Shown: positions 1 through 8,689 of the stretch, in pieces
Numbering within the stretch: position 1 is the first letter of the stretch
Layout: every line of letters begins with the position of its first letter
NCBI GenBank assembly: GCA_964407325.1
Contig: CAYOVA010000005.1
Coordinates: 2,996 to 66,995, forward strand
Direction of reading: 5' to 3'
Source: an uncultured Gammaproteobacteria bacterium
GTDB lineage: Bacteria; Patescibacteriota; Microgenomatia; UBA1406; GWC2-37-13
DNA: 64,000 nt
Translations under genes and position numbers: made by a program
The notes under the pieces: generated by a model
Database searches by the model: none
What the model saw: the letters and a program-made list of their open reading frames with translations, nothing else
Told to the model about the DNA's origin: nothing

Positions 1-2
1 GT

Positions 3-443
3 GTTTTGGCGTTGCCAGATGGCACTTTGCAGTACAAGGGAAAAACTTACGGGGATTTGTTTTATGAAACTGCAGTGTATGAAACAGCTTCTACACGGAA
101 TGAGGGATTCTTAATTCAGAAGAGATCGCTGCAAACTGATCTGGATGTATTGATCTCCAGCTATGGTCTAATTGGTCGGGAAAAGAAAGAATTCCTTGCA
201 TACTGGGTGCCTCGGCTTCAGAAAGAGAAAGGTCCTGCCTTCTTTACCCGCGTACTTACTTTGGACGAGAAAAATACGGTAGATAAGGTGTTAATAACGC
301 CAGAACCCGATACCTTTATCCACCTCCTTGTCGAATTTACATCGGTAGGTGAGAACTACCAGTTTAAGCAGCAATCGTATCCCACACCTCCAGAAAGAAA
401 AGGCTTTACTGTGGTAGAGTGGGGTGGCGGAGTGTTGCAATAA
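3..443 (+). CDS. Hypothetical secreted protein, C-terminal fragment (5' end outside window); paralog of 44565..45737
   Basis: The frame is open to the window edge; the listed M at 6 is a TTG codon. The 145 aa align colinearly with the C-terminal ~145 aa of the 390-aa product of 44565..45737 (PDGTL.YKG, DLFYET, RNEGFL.QK.SL, EFL.YWVPRLQKE.GPAFF.RVLT, GFTVVEWGG). No family name recognised. Confidence 0.6.
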   Translation, partial: VLALPDGTLQYKGKTYGDLFYETAVYETASTRNEGFLIQKRSLQTDLDVLISSYGLIGREKKEFLAYWVPRLQKEKGPAFFTRVLTLDEKNTVDKVLITPEPDTFIHLLVEFTSVGENYQFKQQSYPTPPERKGFTVVEWGGGVLQ

Positions 444-483
444 AGAGAAAATATTCTTCAGCCTCGTGTAACAGGTGTTCCCC

Positions 484-2157
484 TTAGCTCAAGATCTTCT
501 CATTATTCGGCAGCACTATCGGATTATCGTATTTATACTCGATTCCCATTTTAATGCAGACCTCCGCCTTTGCCAGTTCCGATCCAATAAATGCGGCATG
601 GTCCACGCGTGAGATAAAGTTAAAGTGTTTTAGCTTGTATAGTAACTCCCGTGCAGATCGACCTTCCAGTTCAAAGAGAGTTTTTCCTGTGGTGGTGTCC
701 TGAAGTCGGGCCTTGATGGTTTTATCGATTACCGTAATATTGACAATCCCTCGTGGGTCGGAATCGCGATTCGGGTCAAAATACATGCGGGGGATTTTGT
801 CGGTTACCTGTTTTTTTAAGAGTGCTTCCACATTTTTCCAGTCCCGCTGGTAGATGTGCGCAGACTCCGATTCAACTGTAATGATGCCGGGTTTGTAGCC
901 GGTTTCTTTCGCAATCTTTCCTAACAGCTGGTTAATCCCGTAAAAGTTAAAAAACCAAGCTCTGCCAATATCATGGCTGCGTACAAACACATGAATATCC
1001 ACTTGTTCATTCCGAACCGTAAAGGAAAACTTAAACAGGCACGGGCGTCCGCTTTCCAATCCGGTATGGTATCGCTGGTCCCACAGCACAATTTCTTTAT
1101 CCAAATCAAATGGTTTCTTTTTGATTCGATCAATAACATACTGAACCTGATCCAATCGCGGCACCAGGCCTTCCAGCAGAATTGTAATTTTTTTGGCATC
1201 GGATTTGATTTTCTCTTCGACATCCTCTACCAGCTTCTCCGCTTTTGTTTTTTCAATCGCAGTATGATTCAGCAGGAAAGTACGGGCAGCGTCATAGCCC
1301 TGTTCTGTCAAAATCTCCTCTACCGATTGGTCGATTATTTCCAATCGGGGGAATGCGTACATCAGCTCTGCATAGAGGTACGAGTAGTCTCGTGGTCGTT
1401 CAAAGGTGTACACTCCCGGAAACAGTTCTTTTCGGTATGGTTCAGCAGAAAATTGCGTTTTGTAATACTGGTCAAGGCTCTCTTTTGTGACTCCTAACGA
1501 TTTTTCTTCAACTAGCCAGTCGGGAAGGAAAAAATCATCCGGATCTTCCCCTTCCACCACCACTGTTGCTCCGCGGATTTCCTTTACTTCTTCACTGTCT
1601 TCGTCAATTTTTGTTTTTACACCATATTTCCACACCGTATGAAGCAACGTCAAATAGGCATCGGCACCTTTCATATCGCGAACGGGATAAGTATATCGCT
1701 CTGAAGGAAGAGTGTCCGGGGCCTCAACCACAAATTCGTCAAATACGACAGGCTCCATATAAGGACCTTTTTCAGCAAGCCGGAGCTGTGCCGGGTCCAG
1801 TTTCGCATCAGTGCTTTTATCATGCAGCTCGACATTACTAAGGATCAACTGGAGTGTCTCTGGAGTAATTTGATCTACTAACGTATCTTCAACGGTTCCC
1901 TTCTGCCACAGTTCAAGTAGCTTTTTCTTGCCACCAAGCCCTATGGGAGTATTACTTAGTTTATCCGGCCCCCACACTATCAGATTTGTAATGTGGGGAT
2001 TTAGTGCCAAGTTGTACAGCATTATGTTGATCCCAAAAGCTGAACGGAGGTTGCCAATAATAGCGAACTCTTCCAGTAAATGAGGATTAAATTTCGTTAC
2101 CAGTTGAACATCCTGCCAGACAACACACAACGCATTGCTGCTTTTAGGATTTCCCAC
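484..2157 (-). CDS. Thymidylate synthase / dCMP-hydroxymethylase superfamily protein with ~330-aa N-terminal extension
   Basis: The C-terminal ~200 aa carry the ThyA-type core pattern: GRPCLFKFSF (catalytic-Cys strand), VRSHDIGRAWFFNFYG (cf. RS.D.FLG.PFN) and GIITVESESAHIYQRD (cf. G..HLY). The N-terminal two thirds are not ThyA-like. Start codon is GTG at 2157. Confidence 0.6.
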   Translation of the reverse strand: MGNPKSSNALCVVWQDVQLVTKFNPHLLEEFAIIGNLRSAFGINIMLYNLALNPHITNLIVWGPDKLSNTPIGLGGKKKLLELWQKGTVEDTLVDQITPETLQLILSNVELHDKSTDAKLDPAQLRLAEKGPYMEPVVFDEFVVEAPDTLPSERYTYPVRDMKGADAYLTLLHTVWKYGVKTKIDEDSEEVKEIRGATVVVEGEDPDDFFLPDWLVEEKSLGVTKESLDQYYKTQFSAEPYRKELFPGVYTFERPRDYSYLYAELMYAFPRLEIIDQSVEEILTEQGYDAARTFLLNHTAIEKTKAEKLVEDVEEKIKSDAKKITILLEGLVPRLDQVQYVIDRIKKKPFDLDKEIVLWDQRYHTGLESGRPCLFKFSFTVRNEQVDIHVFVRSHDIGRAWFFNFYGINQLLGKIAKETGYKPGIITVESESAHIYQRDWKNVEALLKKQVTDKIPRMYFDPNRDSDPRGIVNITVIDKTIKARLQDTTTGKTLFELEGRSARELLYKLKHFNFISRVDHAAFIGSELAKAEVCIKMGIEYKYDNPIVLPNNEKILS

Positions 2158-2245
2158 AATAAACGGGTATTCCTGAAACTTATACGCGTGAAGACCATTA
2201 ACCGGTTGAATATATGCGGGAGGTATAAAGAAAATAAGGTATGAA

Positions 2246-3529
2246 TTAGTAACGGTAAGAACGGGTATCTCTTGTGCCGATTATAGACCTTGCTTTTCCC
2301 GAAAGCAAACCAAATAAGACTGCTGTTACAAGAATATTTTGCTGAAGCGATAACCAGTAATGGTCCATCATACCCGAGATAAACACAGCCAAAAAACAGT
2401 AGAAAAAAGGTTTGTAACTCAGCAGCGGTAGTACTCTGCGCATTCCCATAATGAGGATAAGGCCTCCCAGTACGAGTCCTGCTTCGGCAATCCATAACAG
2501 GATAATATTGTGGACGGGCTGCAAAAAGTACGACCTGTAGGGATTAGGAAATTGGGATTGGGCTGCTACATAAGTACCAAGCCCGGTTCCCGTAAGAGGG
2601 TCAGCAGCAATAATCTGCACCGCGTTATCAATAAGCGTTACCCGTTTAGCAATATTTTCAGGATCACTTTGAGGAGCAAAAAACACTGCCGCAATTACCA
2701 GCAACACAATAGTTCGTGCAATACCACAGAGTTTACACTGCATCTTGAATAGCACCTCTACAAAAACCAGCATATTCAAAATCACAAACACGCCGATAGC
2801 CGTTTTTGAGAAGGTAAGAAAAATAGTAAGCATCGCAATAAATAGTGTTACGGTACGTACGCGAGGGTACTTTTTGAAGGGTTCCCATCCTTGAACAAAA
2901 AAATAGAGTAGCAGGAAAAAACCTCCCATCGAATTGGGATGGGAAAAAGATCCGTAGGGCCGCAAAAATAGGTTACCGTTGAGTGCGGCAACAGCGGCAT
3001 CGGGGGTGGTAACAGTAATCGCCCGTTCTCCCAGCCAGTAAAAAATGCCCTGAAGGGTATGTTTATTAATAAATTGTGCCAGTGCCAGTCCAAATTGGAT
3101 GAAAGTAGATGCGACAAGGCTCCACAGGTACCAATTCCAGGGGTAAAGCAGCTTTGTTTTTTGAGCAATTATTGCGGAATTACCACCCATTTCTCGAAAT
3201 ATGGCAAACAGTGCAACCCATTCAACCAACTTCACAAACTTAAACACACTTACCGGGAAAATAAGTGAAAAGAGGACATTTACAACAAGCAACCCCAACA
3301 CAATCAGCACCCAGCGCTGTCGAAAAAAAGCGAAGACGGTTTTGAAATGGAAACCAATAAGAAGTACTGCAACAATATCCGAAAGAAACAATGCAGGTGC
3401 CAGATAGTCTGTTCTAATAGCCCGAATATGCGAAAACTCAAAAAAGAAATAGGTACCCAGTTGAGTAGGAAGAAGAAACAGAAATGCACAGACAAGCAGA
3501 TGGGGTATGGAGAACCGTATCATTTTCAT
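2246..3529 (-). CDS. O-antigen ligase / Wzy_C-family polytopic membrane protein
   Basis: Highly hydrophobic 427 aa with many predicted TM helices. The loop motifs GSFSHPNSMGGFFLLL and QPVHNIILLWIAEAGLVLGG are typical of the O-antigen ligase/polymerase family. Confidence 0.7.
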   Translation of the reverse strand: MKMIRFSIPHLLVCAFLFLLPTQLGTYFFFEFSHIRAIRTDYLAPALFLSDIVAVLLIGFHFKTVFAFFRQRWVLIVLGLLVVNVLFSLIFPVSVFKFVKLVEWVALFAIFREMGGNSAIIAQKTKLLYPWNWYLWSLVASTFIQFGLALAQFINKHTLQGIFYWLGERAITVTTPDAAVAALNGNLFLRPYGSFSHPNSMGGFFLLLYFFVQGWEPFKKYPRVRTVTLFIAMLTIFLTFSKTAIGVFVILNMLVFVEVLFKMQCKLCGIARTIVLLVIAAVFFAPQSDPENIAKRVTLIDNAVQIIAADPLTGTGLGTYVAAQSQFPNPYRSYFLQPVHNIILLWIAEAGLVLGGLILIMGMRRVLPLLSYKPFFYCFLAVFISGMMDHYWLSLQQNILVTAVLFGLLSGKARSIIGTRDTRSYRY

Positions 3530-3537
3530 GGTGATTT

Positions 3538-3543
3538 ATTATA
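3538..3543 (-). promoter_or_regulatory. -10 box TATAAT (minus strand), 8 nt upstream of the ATG at 3529; candidate leaderless promoter
   Basis: The reverse complement of 3527..3546 reads gcgTATAATaaatcaccATG. There is no purine-rich SD between box and start. Confidence 0.45.
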
Positions 3544-3587
3544 CGCAATACAACTGTTCTTGTATAATTTTTCTCCAGTCTAGAGTC

Positions 3588-3596
3588 TGTTATACT
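3588..3596 (+). promoter_or_regulatory. Extended -10 TGtTATACT, 6 nt upstream of the NfeD ATG (3603)
   Basis: Sequence is tcTGtTATACTacacgtATG. A second TGTATAAT lies at 3561..3568, so the true transcription start site (TSS) is ambiguous. Confidence 0.4.
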
Positions 3597-3602
3597 ACAC
3601 GT

Positions 3603-4040
3603 ATGGAACTACCCGACAACCCTTCTACCTACCTGGTGATAGCTGGTATTGGCCTTGCGATACTGGAACTGATTTTGGGGGCTGCAACAGCGTTTGAGTT
3701 GCTGGTAATTGGAATTATCTTTGTTGTGGGCGGTTTTATCGGGTTAATAACAAACTCTTTTCTGATTGCCCTTCTTTCGATCACATTGCTCAGTTTTCTT
3801 TATTTTTTTGGGGGAAGAAACATGATCCGCAATACCTTTTCGATCGAAACAAAGGCGACAAACGTTGATGCCATTATTGGAGAAAAAGCCGTAGTAGTAA
3901 AAAAAATCACGCCGGATGAAGCCGGCCAGGTAAAGGTCCAGGGTGAAATTTGGCGGGCAACGGCAAAGACTCCTCTTGAAAAAGGTCAATCAGTCACCAT
4001 CGATTCGGTAAGCGGAGTTACCCTCTCTGTTTCTGCATAA
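3603..4040 (+). CDS. NfeD-family membrane protein (short form, OB-fold C-terminus)
   Basis: Three N-terminal hydrophobic helices, then GEKAVVVKKITPDEAGQVKVQGEIWRATAKTPLEKGQSVTIDSVSGVTLSV, the classic NfeD C-terminal OB motif. It sits immediately upstream of an SPFH gene, the canonical nfeD-stomatin operon. I placed the start at ATG 3603, not the track's 3507. Confidence 0.75.
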   Translation: MELPDNPSTYLVIAGIGLAILELILGAATAFELLVIGIIFVVGGFIGLITNSFLIALLSITLLSFLYFFGGRNMIRNTFSIETKATNVDAIIGEKAVVVKKITPDEAGQVKVQGEIWRATAKTPLEKGQSVTIDSVSGVTLSVSA

Positions 4041-4056
4041 CTAATTCGTTCTGCTT

Positions 4057-4065
4057 TGTTATAAT
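4057..4065 (+). promoter_or_regulatory. Extended -10 TGtTATAAT, 7 nt upstream of the SPFH ATG (4073)
   Basis: Sequence is ctttGtTATAATaggctatATG, with no SD in the 7-nt gap. Confidence 0.45.
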
Positions 4066-4072
4066 AGGCTAT

Positions 4073-4939
4073 ATGCAATTTTTAACTATACCTCTTCTGG
4101 TTTTTGCCGTTATAACCGTCTTTGCGGCTGTTAAGATTGTGCGCCAGAATGAAAAAGGCATCGTTCTCCGTCTGGGAAAGTTTAAAGAAGTTATTAATCC
4201 TGGACTTAATTTTGTTATCCCGTATATCGAACAGCTTATTCTTGTTGACGTACGTGAAAAGGTTATTAACGTAGAGCCGCAAAGAGTAATTACCAAAGAT
4301 AATGTTTCCGTAACAGTCGATGCGGTTGTGTACTACAAAATAGTTGATCCTGTTCGTGCGGAATTTGAGGTTGAAGATTTTGACACTGCTGTTACCACAC
4401 TTGCGCAAACAAATCTCCGTAACTTGATTGGTGATAAGTCTCTTGATGAAACATTCGTTGCCCGCGATTCTATTAATGCCAGCCTGCGTGAAGTGCTTGA
4501 TGAAGCAACAAACGGCTGGGGTGTAAAAGTAACCCGTGTTGAAGTGCAAAAAATCGAGCCTCCGCCGGAAATTACAGAAGCGATGAGTCTCCAGATGAAA
4601 GCAGAACGTGAAAAGCGTGCCGCTATTTTGCAGGCTGAGGGTGTGCGCCAGAGTGATATCTTGCAGGCAGAAGGTGCAAAATCCGCAGAAATCTTACGGG
4701 CTGAAGGTGCAGCCCAGGCAGTTATCTTAAATGCTGACGCAGAAGCCAAATCTATTGAGAAAATTTCAGAAGCTGCAAATAAGTACTTTGATGAAAAAGC
4801 ACAAAAGTGGCAGCAAATGCAGGTTTCAGAGAATGTATTGGCACATGCTACAAAATATGTTATCCCAACTTCAGCGGATGTTGTAAACATCCTGAATCTG
4901 GAAGGAAAAGGGGATATTCTACCGGTCAAGAAAAAATAA
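4073..4939 (+). CDS. SPFH domain / band-7 (stomatin/prohibitin-like, HflK/C family) membrane protein
   Basis: N-terminal TM helix; VRQNEKGIVLRLGKF, ITKDNVSVTVDAVVYYKIVDP and RVEVQKIEPP; then an Ala/Glu-rich coiled-coil tail (AILQAEG.. repeats). Paired with NfeD. Confidence 0.9.
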   Translation: MQFLTIPLLVFAVITVFAAVKIVRQNEKGIVLRLGKFKEVINPGLNFVIPYIEQLILVDVREKVINVEPQRVITKDNVSVTVDAVVYYKIVDPVRAEFEVEDFDTAVTTLAQTNLRNLIGDKSLDETFVARDSINASLREVLDEATNGWGVKVTRVEVQKIEPPPEITEAMSLQMKAEREKRAAILQAEGVRQSDILQAEGAKSAEILRAEGAAQAVILNADAEAKSIEKISEAANKYFDEKAQKWQQMQVSENVLAHATKYVIPTSADVVNILNLEGKGDILPVKKK

Positions 4940-5010
4940 TACCGGAGGGTGTTCTTGTAATCCTTATATTCTTTTCATACATTCTTCTTCATTTATTCAT
5001 GTTCTTATAG

Positions 5011-5016
5011 TAATAT
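5011..5016 (+). promoter_or_regulatory. -10-like TAATAT, 6 nt upstream of ATG 5023
   Basis: Sequence is ttatagTAATATacgggcATG, with no SD. Confidence 0.35.
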
Positions 5017-5022
5017 ACGGGC

Positions 5023-5571
5023 ATGGTAGCCGTCGAAAGAGAACATATTGCAGAGTCAGTTGTTCCTGAGCTCGTGATAGATTCTGATGGAACAAGGATG
5101 GGAATAGAGGGTTTTGTGGAAGAGAGCTGGGTTCGTGAAGAAACACCGGCACAGGTGGCAGCTGATATATTTTCCCGTGATCTTCCTCGCATAGTAAACG
5201 AAGTAAAAGCAAATATTGCTCCTGGCAATACAAATGAATGGAAGAGATTGTCTCTATTATATTCTGGCGGTTTCATTGTGGCGCAGATGGCAAGATTACG
5301 AGCTGAACAATTTGATTACCAGGAAGCGGCACGGCTTGTAGGGCAAGGTCTGGCAGTAAGTGCAAGAGATGTCCGTGAACAACGGGTGTGGTCTTCTGTT
5401 ATTGGAAAAGGGCTCAATTCATACATTGCTGCATGTGCTCAACGTGCACAGCCTGGTTCTACGGACGAGCAATGCCTTCGCGAAGCGGAAGCGTGTAGAG
5501 ATGCTTTAGCCCATGCTTTTGGACCATTTGGCCAACTTATAGCGTCTCCCTCTTTACGCAGAACTTACTAA
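5023..5571 (+). CDS. Hypothetical protein
   Basis: Uninterrupted 182-aa ORF with ordinary amino-acid composition. No motif recognised. Confidence 0.5.
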   Translation: MVAVEREHIAESVVPELVIDSDGTRMGIEGFVEESWVREETPAQVAADIFSRDLPRIVNEVKANIAPGNTNEWKRLSLLYSGGFIVAQMARLRAEQFDYQEAARLVGQGLAVSARDVREQRVWSSVIGKGLNSYIAACAQRAQPGSTDEQCLREAEACRDALAHAFGPFGQLIASPSLRRTY

Positions 5572-5597
5572 TGCGCCTTCCTGTAGCATAGGTGCGT

Positions 5598-5603
5598 TAT
5601 AAT
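5598..5603 (+). promoter_or_regulatory. -10 box TATAAT, 6 nt upstream of the smpB ATG (5610)
   Basis: Sequence is gcgtTATAATaacttcATG. Confidence 0.4.
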
Positions 5604-5609
5604 AACTTC

Positions 5610-6056
5610 ATGAAAGTCTCCAATAAAACCTGGTTGCGTGAATTTACCCCCATTGAAGAAATGGAGGCGGGTATTGTGCTTTCAGGTGCTGAAGCAAAGT
5701 CAGCAATGGAAGGTCGTATTAAGCTTGAAGCATCATTTATTAAGATTCGTGAGCATGAACCATTTTTGATTAATACCGAAATTTTCCGGTATCAGTTTGA
5801 TGGTAATCCTGAATACAACCCTACTCGCAGTCGCAAATTACTGTTGAATGCAAAAGAAATTCTTCGTTTGGAAACAAAAATGGCCTCAAATCCCGGCCTT
5901 ACTATTATACCGGTGAGCATGTACAGTAAAGGCCGCCGCATCAAGGTAAAAATTGCCCTGGTAAAAGGGAAAAAGGAAACAGAGAAGCGCCGGCTTGAAC
6001 GCGACAAAAAGGTTGTACGCGCACAAGAGCGCGAGCTCAAAGAACTTTTGCGGTAA
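5610..6056 (+). CDS. smpB: SsrA-binding protein SmpB
   Basis: About 148 aa. EAGIVLSGAEAKS, FLINTEI.RY, YNPTRSRKLLLNAKEI, LTIIPVSMY..GRRIKVKIALVKGKK and a basic C-terminal tail. The tmRNA gene lies 1.7 kb downstream. The track start 5592 is a GTG; ATG 5610 is preferred. Confidence 0.9.
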   Translation: MKVSNKTWLREFTPIEEMEAGIVLSGAEAKSAMEGRIKLEASFIKIREHEPFLINTEIFRYQFDGNPEYNPTRSRKLLLNAKEILRLETKMASNPGLTIIPVSMYSKGRRIKVKIALVKGKKETEKRRLERDKKVVRAQERELKELLR

Positions 6057-6112
6057 TCTCACTCCCTGTGAGTCAAATTCCTTCATCTTTCCTTAGCGAG
6101 CCATGCACTACT

Positions 6113-6307
6113 TTATCCTAGTAAACCCAATCCCAAAATTCCGTTTATTATCAAGTAAAACGCAATCAGATAATTGAGGAATTGGGGAAAAACGAGAATA
6201 AGAACACCAAAAATAAGCGAAACAAAGGGATCGAAGGAAGTTACATTCAATGACATAATAGTAAAAAAACTAGTAATTGAGCCTATTAAACCGCGAAGAA
6301 GTAACAT
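6113..6307 (-). CDS. Small two-helix membrane protein (DUF3096-like)
   Basis: 64 aa, two hydrophobic helices. LILVFPQFLNYLIAFYLIINGILGLG resembles the DUF3096 signature. Confidence 0.5.
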   Translation of the reverse strand: MLLLRGLIGSITSFFTIMSLNVTSFDPFVSLIFGVLILVFPQFLNYLIAFYLIINGILGLGLLG

Positions 6308-6348
6308 TGCAGTCGAGAAGAAGTAAGAGAAGGGTAATAGACGTAGGG

Positions 6349-7704
6349 TTATATACGGAGAATGCTTTTCAGCAACTGCTTAGTTTCTGCATCCATTTCT
6401 TCTGCAGCATTCAGTACGTTATCCTGCAACCGCCGCAACACAGTTGTTATTTCATCAGTAAGTGCTATTTGTCCCCTGAATATACCGGCTCCCATAAAGT
6501 AATCTACAATCAGGTTTTCTTGTCCGCTAGGAATATAAGGCAATATTCGCATAAGAACTGCTGTTGCTTTCTCATCGGGCTGGCCTTTTAAGTAGGAACG
6601 AATAGGTAGTTCAGCAGGGCGAGGAAGTTCTGCTGCAGCGGCTCCTTGTGAATTGTCTGGTTCAGACTGAGAGTTTGGATTCTTACCCTTGTTGCCTGCT
6701 CGCCTTTCACGACGGCTGTTAAACGGGGTCATTTCTATATGTACTGCCGGATTGGTGCGCACTTCATTCCGTAACCACACGAGAGCCTTCCCATAAGGAG
6801 GCATAACCCGATTATCATTTAGCAGGGCAAGCAGTTTTGCGCGTTCCCAGACGGAAATATTAGTCGACATCAAATACTGTAAAGCAGCAGATAAGGCATG
6901 GTCTGCAGGGGGAAGTATGTTTTCCTCGCGCATAAACAGATCCCGGTAAACATGTGGCATATCCACATAGCTACGCGAATTCCCGTTCAGAAAATACACA
7001 AGTTGAGGAAACTCTAAAAGTATTTCAGGATCCTTGCAATCATACATTCCTTGAATGAAATACTTCACATTGTGGTAAAAGCGAAACAGCCCAAAGCCTT
7101 TTCTCGAATTGTTTTTTGCGCTTTGCCAAAACTGTATATTATTTTCACTATCATGGGCAAGTCTAGAAAGTTCTGTTTGAACATACCGATTGACCCAGTC
7201 CATCGTCGGTTTAAAGTTGGGTACACTGATCGTATCAACAGGGTATCTGTCCGTAAACTCCTGATAAAAGTACTCGGTTGCGGCTGTAATCACATACTCC
7301 ACTAACTCTGTAGGAACCCTGTCGAAGTCGGGTACCGGGTTTTCCCGTAGAGATCGACGGATTGAGTTGGTAACATATTGGAGCAGTACAACTTCGTGCA
7401 TGCGGCTGTCTCTATCTTGCATAGGAGTAATCGGTGCTGGAGAAGCACTGTCCCGTATCTCTTTCAGGGATTGAATTGAGTGTAGCACTATTCGGTGGGA
7501 AGGCGCGAAGTCTTCAGCATTATGCCATGCACGTGCGAATAATTCGTCGGGAGTAAATTCTGCTTCATCTTCCACAGCGCAAAGGGTTTCCATTCCCTCC
7601 GCAAATGGACGAACAACAGTAGTCTTCCTCGCTTTATACAACGCGGTGAATACAGGCGGAAGATCTTGTCCATTATACATCGGGTTTTTTCTTTCGTCTC
7701 CCAT
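6349..7704 (-). CDS. Hypothetical protein (451 aa)
   Basis: Long clean ORF with normal composition. No recognisable domain. Confidence 0.6.
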   Translation of the reverse strand: MGDERKNPMYNGQDLPPVFTALYKARKTTVVRPFAEGMETLCAVEDEAEFTPDELFARAWHNAEDFAPSHRIVLHSIQSLKEIRDSASPAPITPMQDRDSRMHEVVLLQYVTNSIRRSLRENPVPDFDRVPTELVEYVITAATEYFYQEFTDRYPVDTISVPNFKPTMDWVNRYVQTELSRLAHDSENNIQFWQSAKNNSRKGFGLFRFYHNVKYFIQGMYDCKDPEILLEFPQLVYFLNGNSRSYVDMPHVYRDLFMREENILPPADHALSAALQYLMSTNISVWERAKLLALLNDNRVMPPYGKALVWLRNEVRTNPAVHIEMTPFNSRRERRAGNKGKNPNSQSEPDNSQGAAAAELPRPAELPIRSYLKGQPDEKATAVLMRILPYIPSGQENLIVDYFMGAGIFRGQIALTDEITTVLRRLQDNVLNAAEEMDAETKQLLKSILRI

Positions 7705-7747
7705 GCTGTATTTTAACCTATAATAGTTTAACTTACCAGCGTAGATG

Positions 7748-7776
7748 TTGATCTGAAGGGTAAAAAATGGTATAAT
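7748..7776 (+). promoter_or_regulatory. Sigma70-type promoter for ssrA: -35 TTGATC, 17-nt spacer, extended -10 TGgTATAAT
   Basis: -35 TTGATC at 7748..7753; TG at 7768..7769; -10 TATAAT at 7771..7776. The mature tmRNA 5' end (7811) is ~28 nt downstream of the predicted TSS, consistent with RNase P processing. Confidence 0.6.
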
Positions 7777-7810
7777 AGGGTTCTAAATTACCGAAGGTAG
7801 TTTATTGATT

Positions 7811-8207
7811 GGGGATGACAGGCCTCGACAATTTGTGTACTTTTACAAGTGGTGAGGGCGTACTTATACGTCAAATAGGAAAACAATATCTGCAAAAACA
7901 GAAGAAACTTTTGCTGAGGTCCGTGCAATGTTTAAGGACGTAGCTGAAAAGGCTATTGCTGCAACATACGCAAGATCTAACTTTCTCGTTGCGTAAGCAA
8001 CAGAAACAGCATGCTATGAAGTTTTCCTTCGATTCAACGACATAGTTATAACCAATCGAAGTGCAGTATCTGAGTGCCGCGGTTCATAAAGGTGCTAAAG
8101 ATTTTTAACCGACAGTTTGCCGGCTTATAAAAAACCGGATATCTCTCACTAGTACATTTGTAAAAAAACCATATTGGATCCCGGTTCAATTCCGGGCATC
8201 TCCACCA
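7811..8207 (+). ncRNA. ssrA: tmRNA (SsrA), one-piece
   Basis: The 5' GGGGATGACAGGCCTCGAC pairs with the 3' CATCTCC-A-CCA to give a 7-bp acceptor stem that includes the G3:U70 alanine identity pair. T-arm is CCCGGTTCAATTCCGGG, and the CCA is encoded. The internal tag frame ends ...S-N-F-L-V-A followed by TAA at 7994..7996. smpB is nearby. Confidence 0.85.
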
Positions 8208-8305
8208 GAAATAACTATTTTCTTTAACTGCTTTTCAATAACACTATCTTTATTCTCTCGAGAAGATACTTATCCTCACAATTTACTATAAGATGTGGTG
8301 TTGAA

Positions 8306-8314
8306 TGGTATAAT
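8306..8314 (+). promoter_or_regulatory. Orphan extended -10 (TGgTATAAT) with no downstream ORF
   Basis: The 13-mer aatggtataatag is identical to the one in the ssrA promoter at 7766..7778. The next ~340 nt on the + strand contain no ORF of 60 codons or more. Confidence 0.3.
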
Positions 8315-8689
8315 AGCTCTACTTAAGGCCACTTTCTTTTTAGCGCCTGCTATACTCATCGCAGACACGTCTGGTATTGCCGCATCAATCAACATAAAGG
8401 AGCTTGTCCATATACTTCGACTGCATCCTTTATTCAGATATTTTGGTATATACATAAAAACGATATATTATTAAGAGAACAAATATAAAGATAGAACACC
8501 TATCATTTATGCAGGCCTTTGCCTGATTGCCCTGGCCGGCTATCTGTTGTTGTCCTATTAGTCTAGCTTTCCGCAGTGCGATGAAGAGGGGGCGTAACGC
8601 TCCCTCCTCGATGATTTAGTTCAGAAGTAGGAAGCAAAAAAAAATACAGTCAGTGTGTAATCTGCATGAAAGTGCTTTAGGCAGCTCTA

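Noticed and set aside
4333-4929. 198-aa minus-strand ORF and other ORFs overlapping the SPFH gene
   Set aside because: They are antisense to a gene with unambiguous band-7 motifs. The products are Ser/Ala/Cys-rich low complexity, mirroring the Ala/Glu repeat region.
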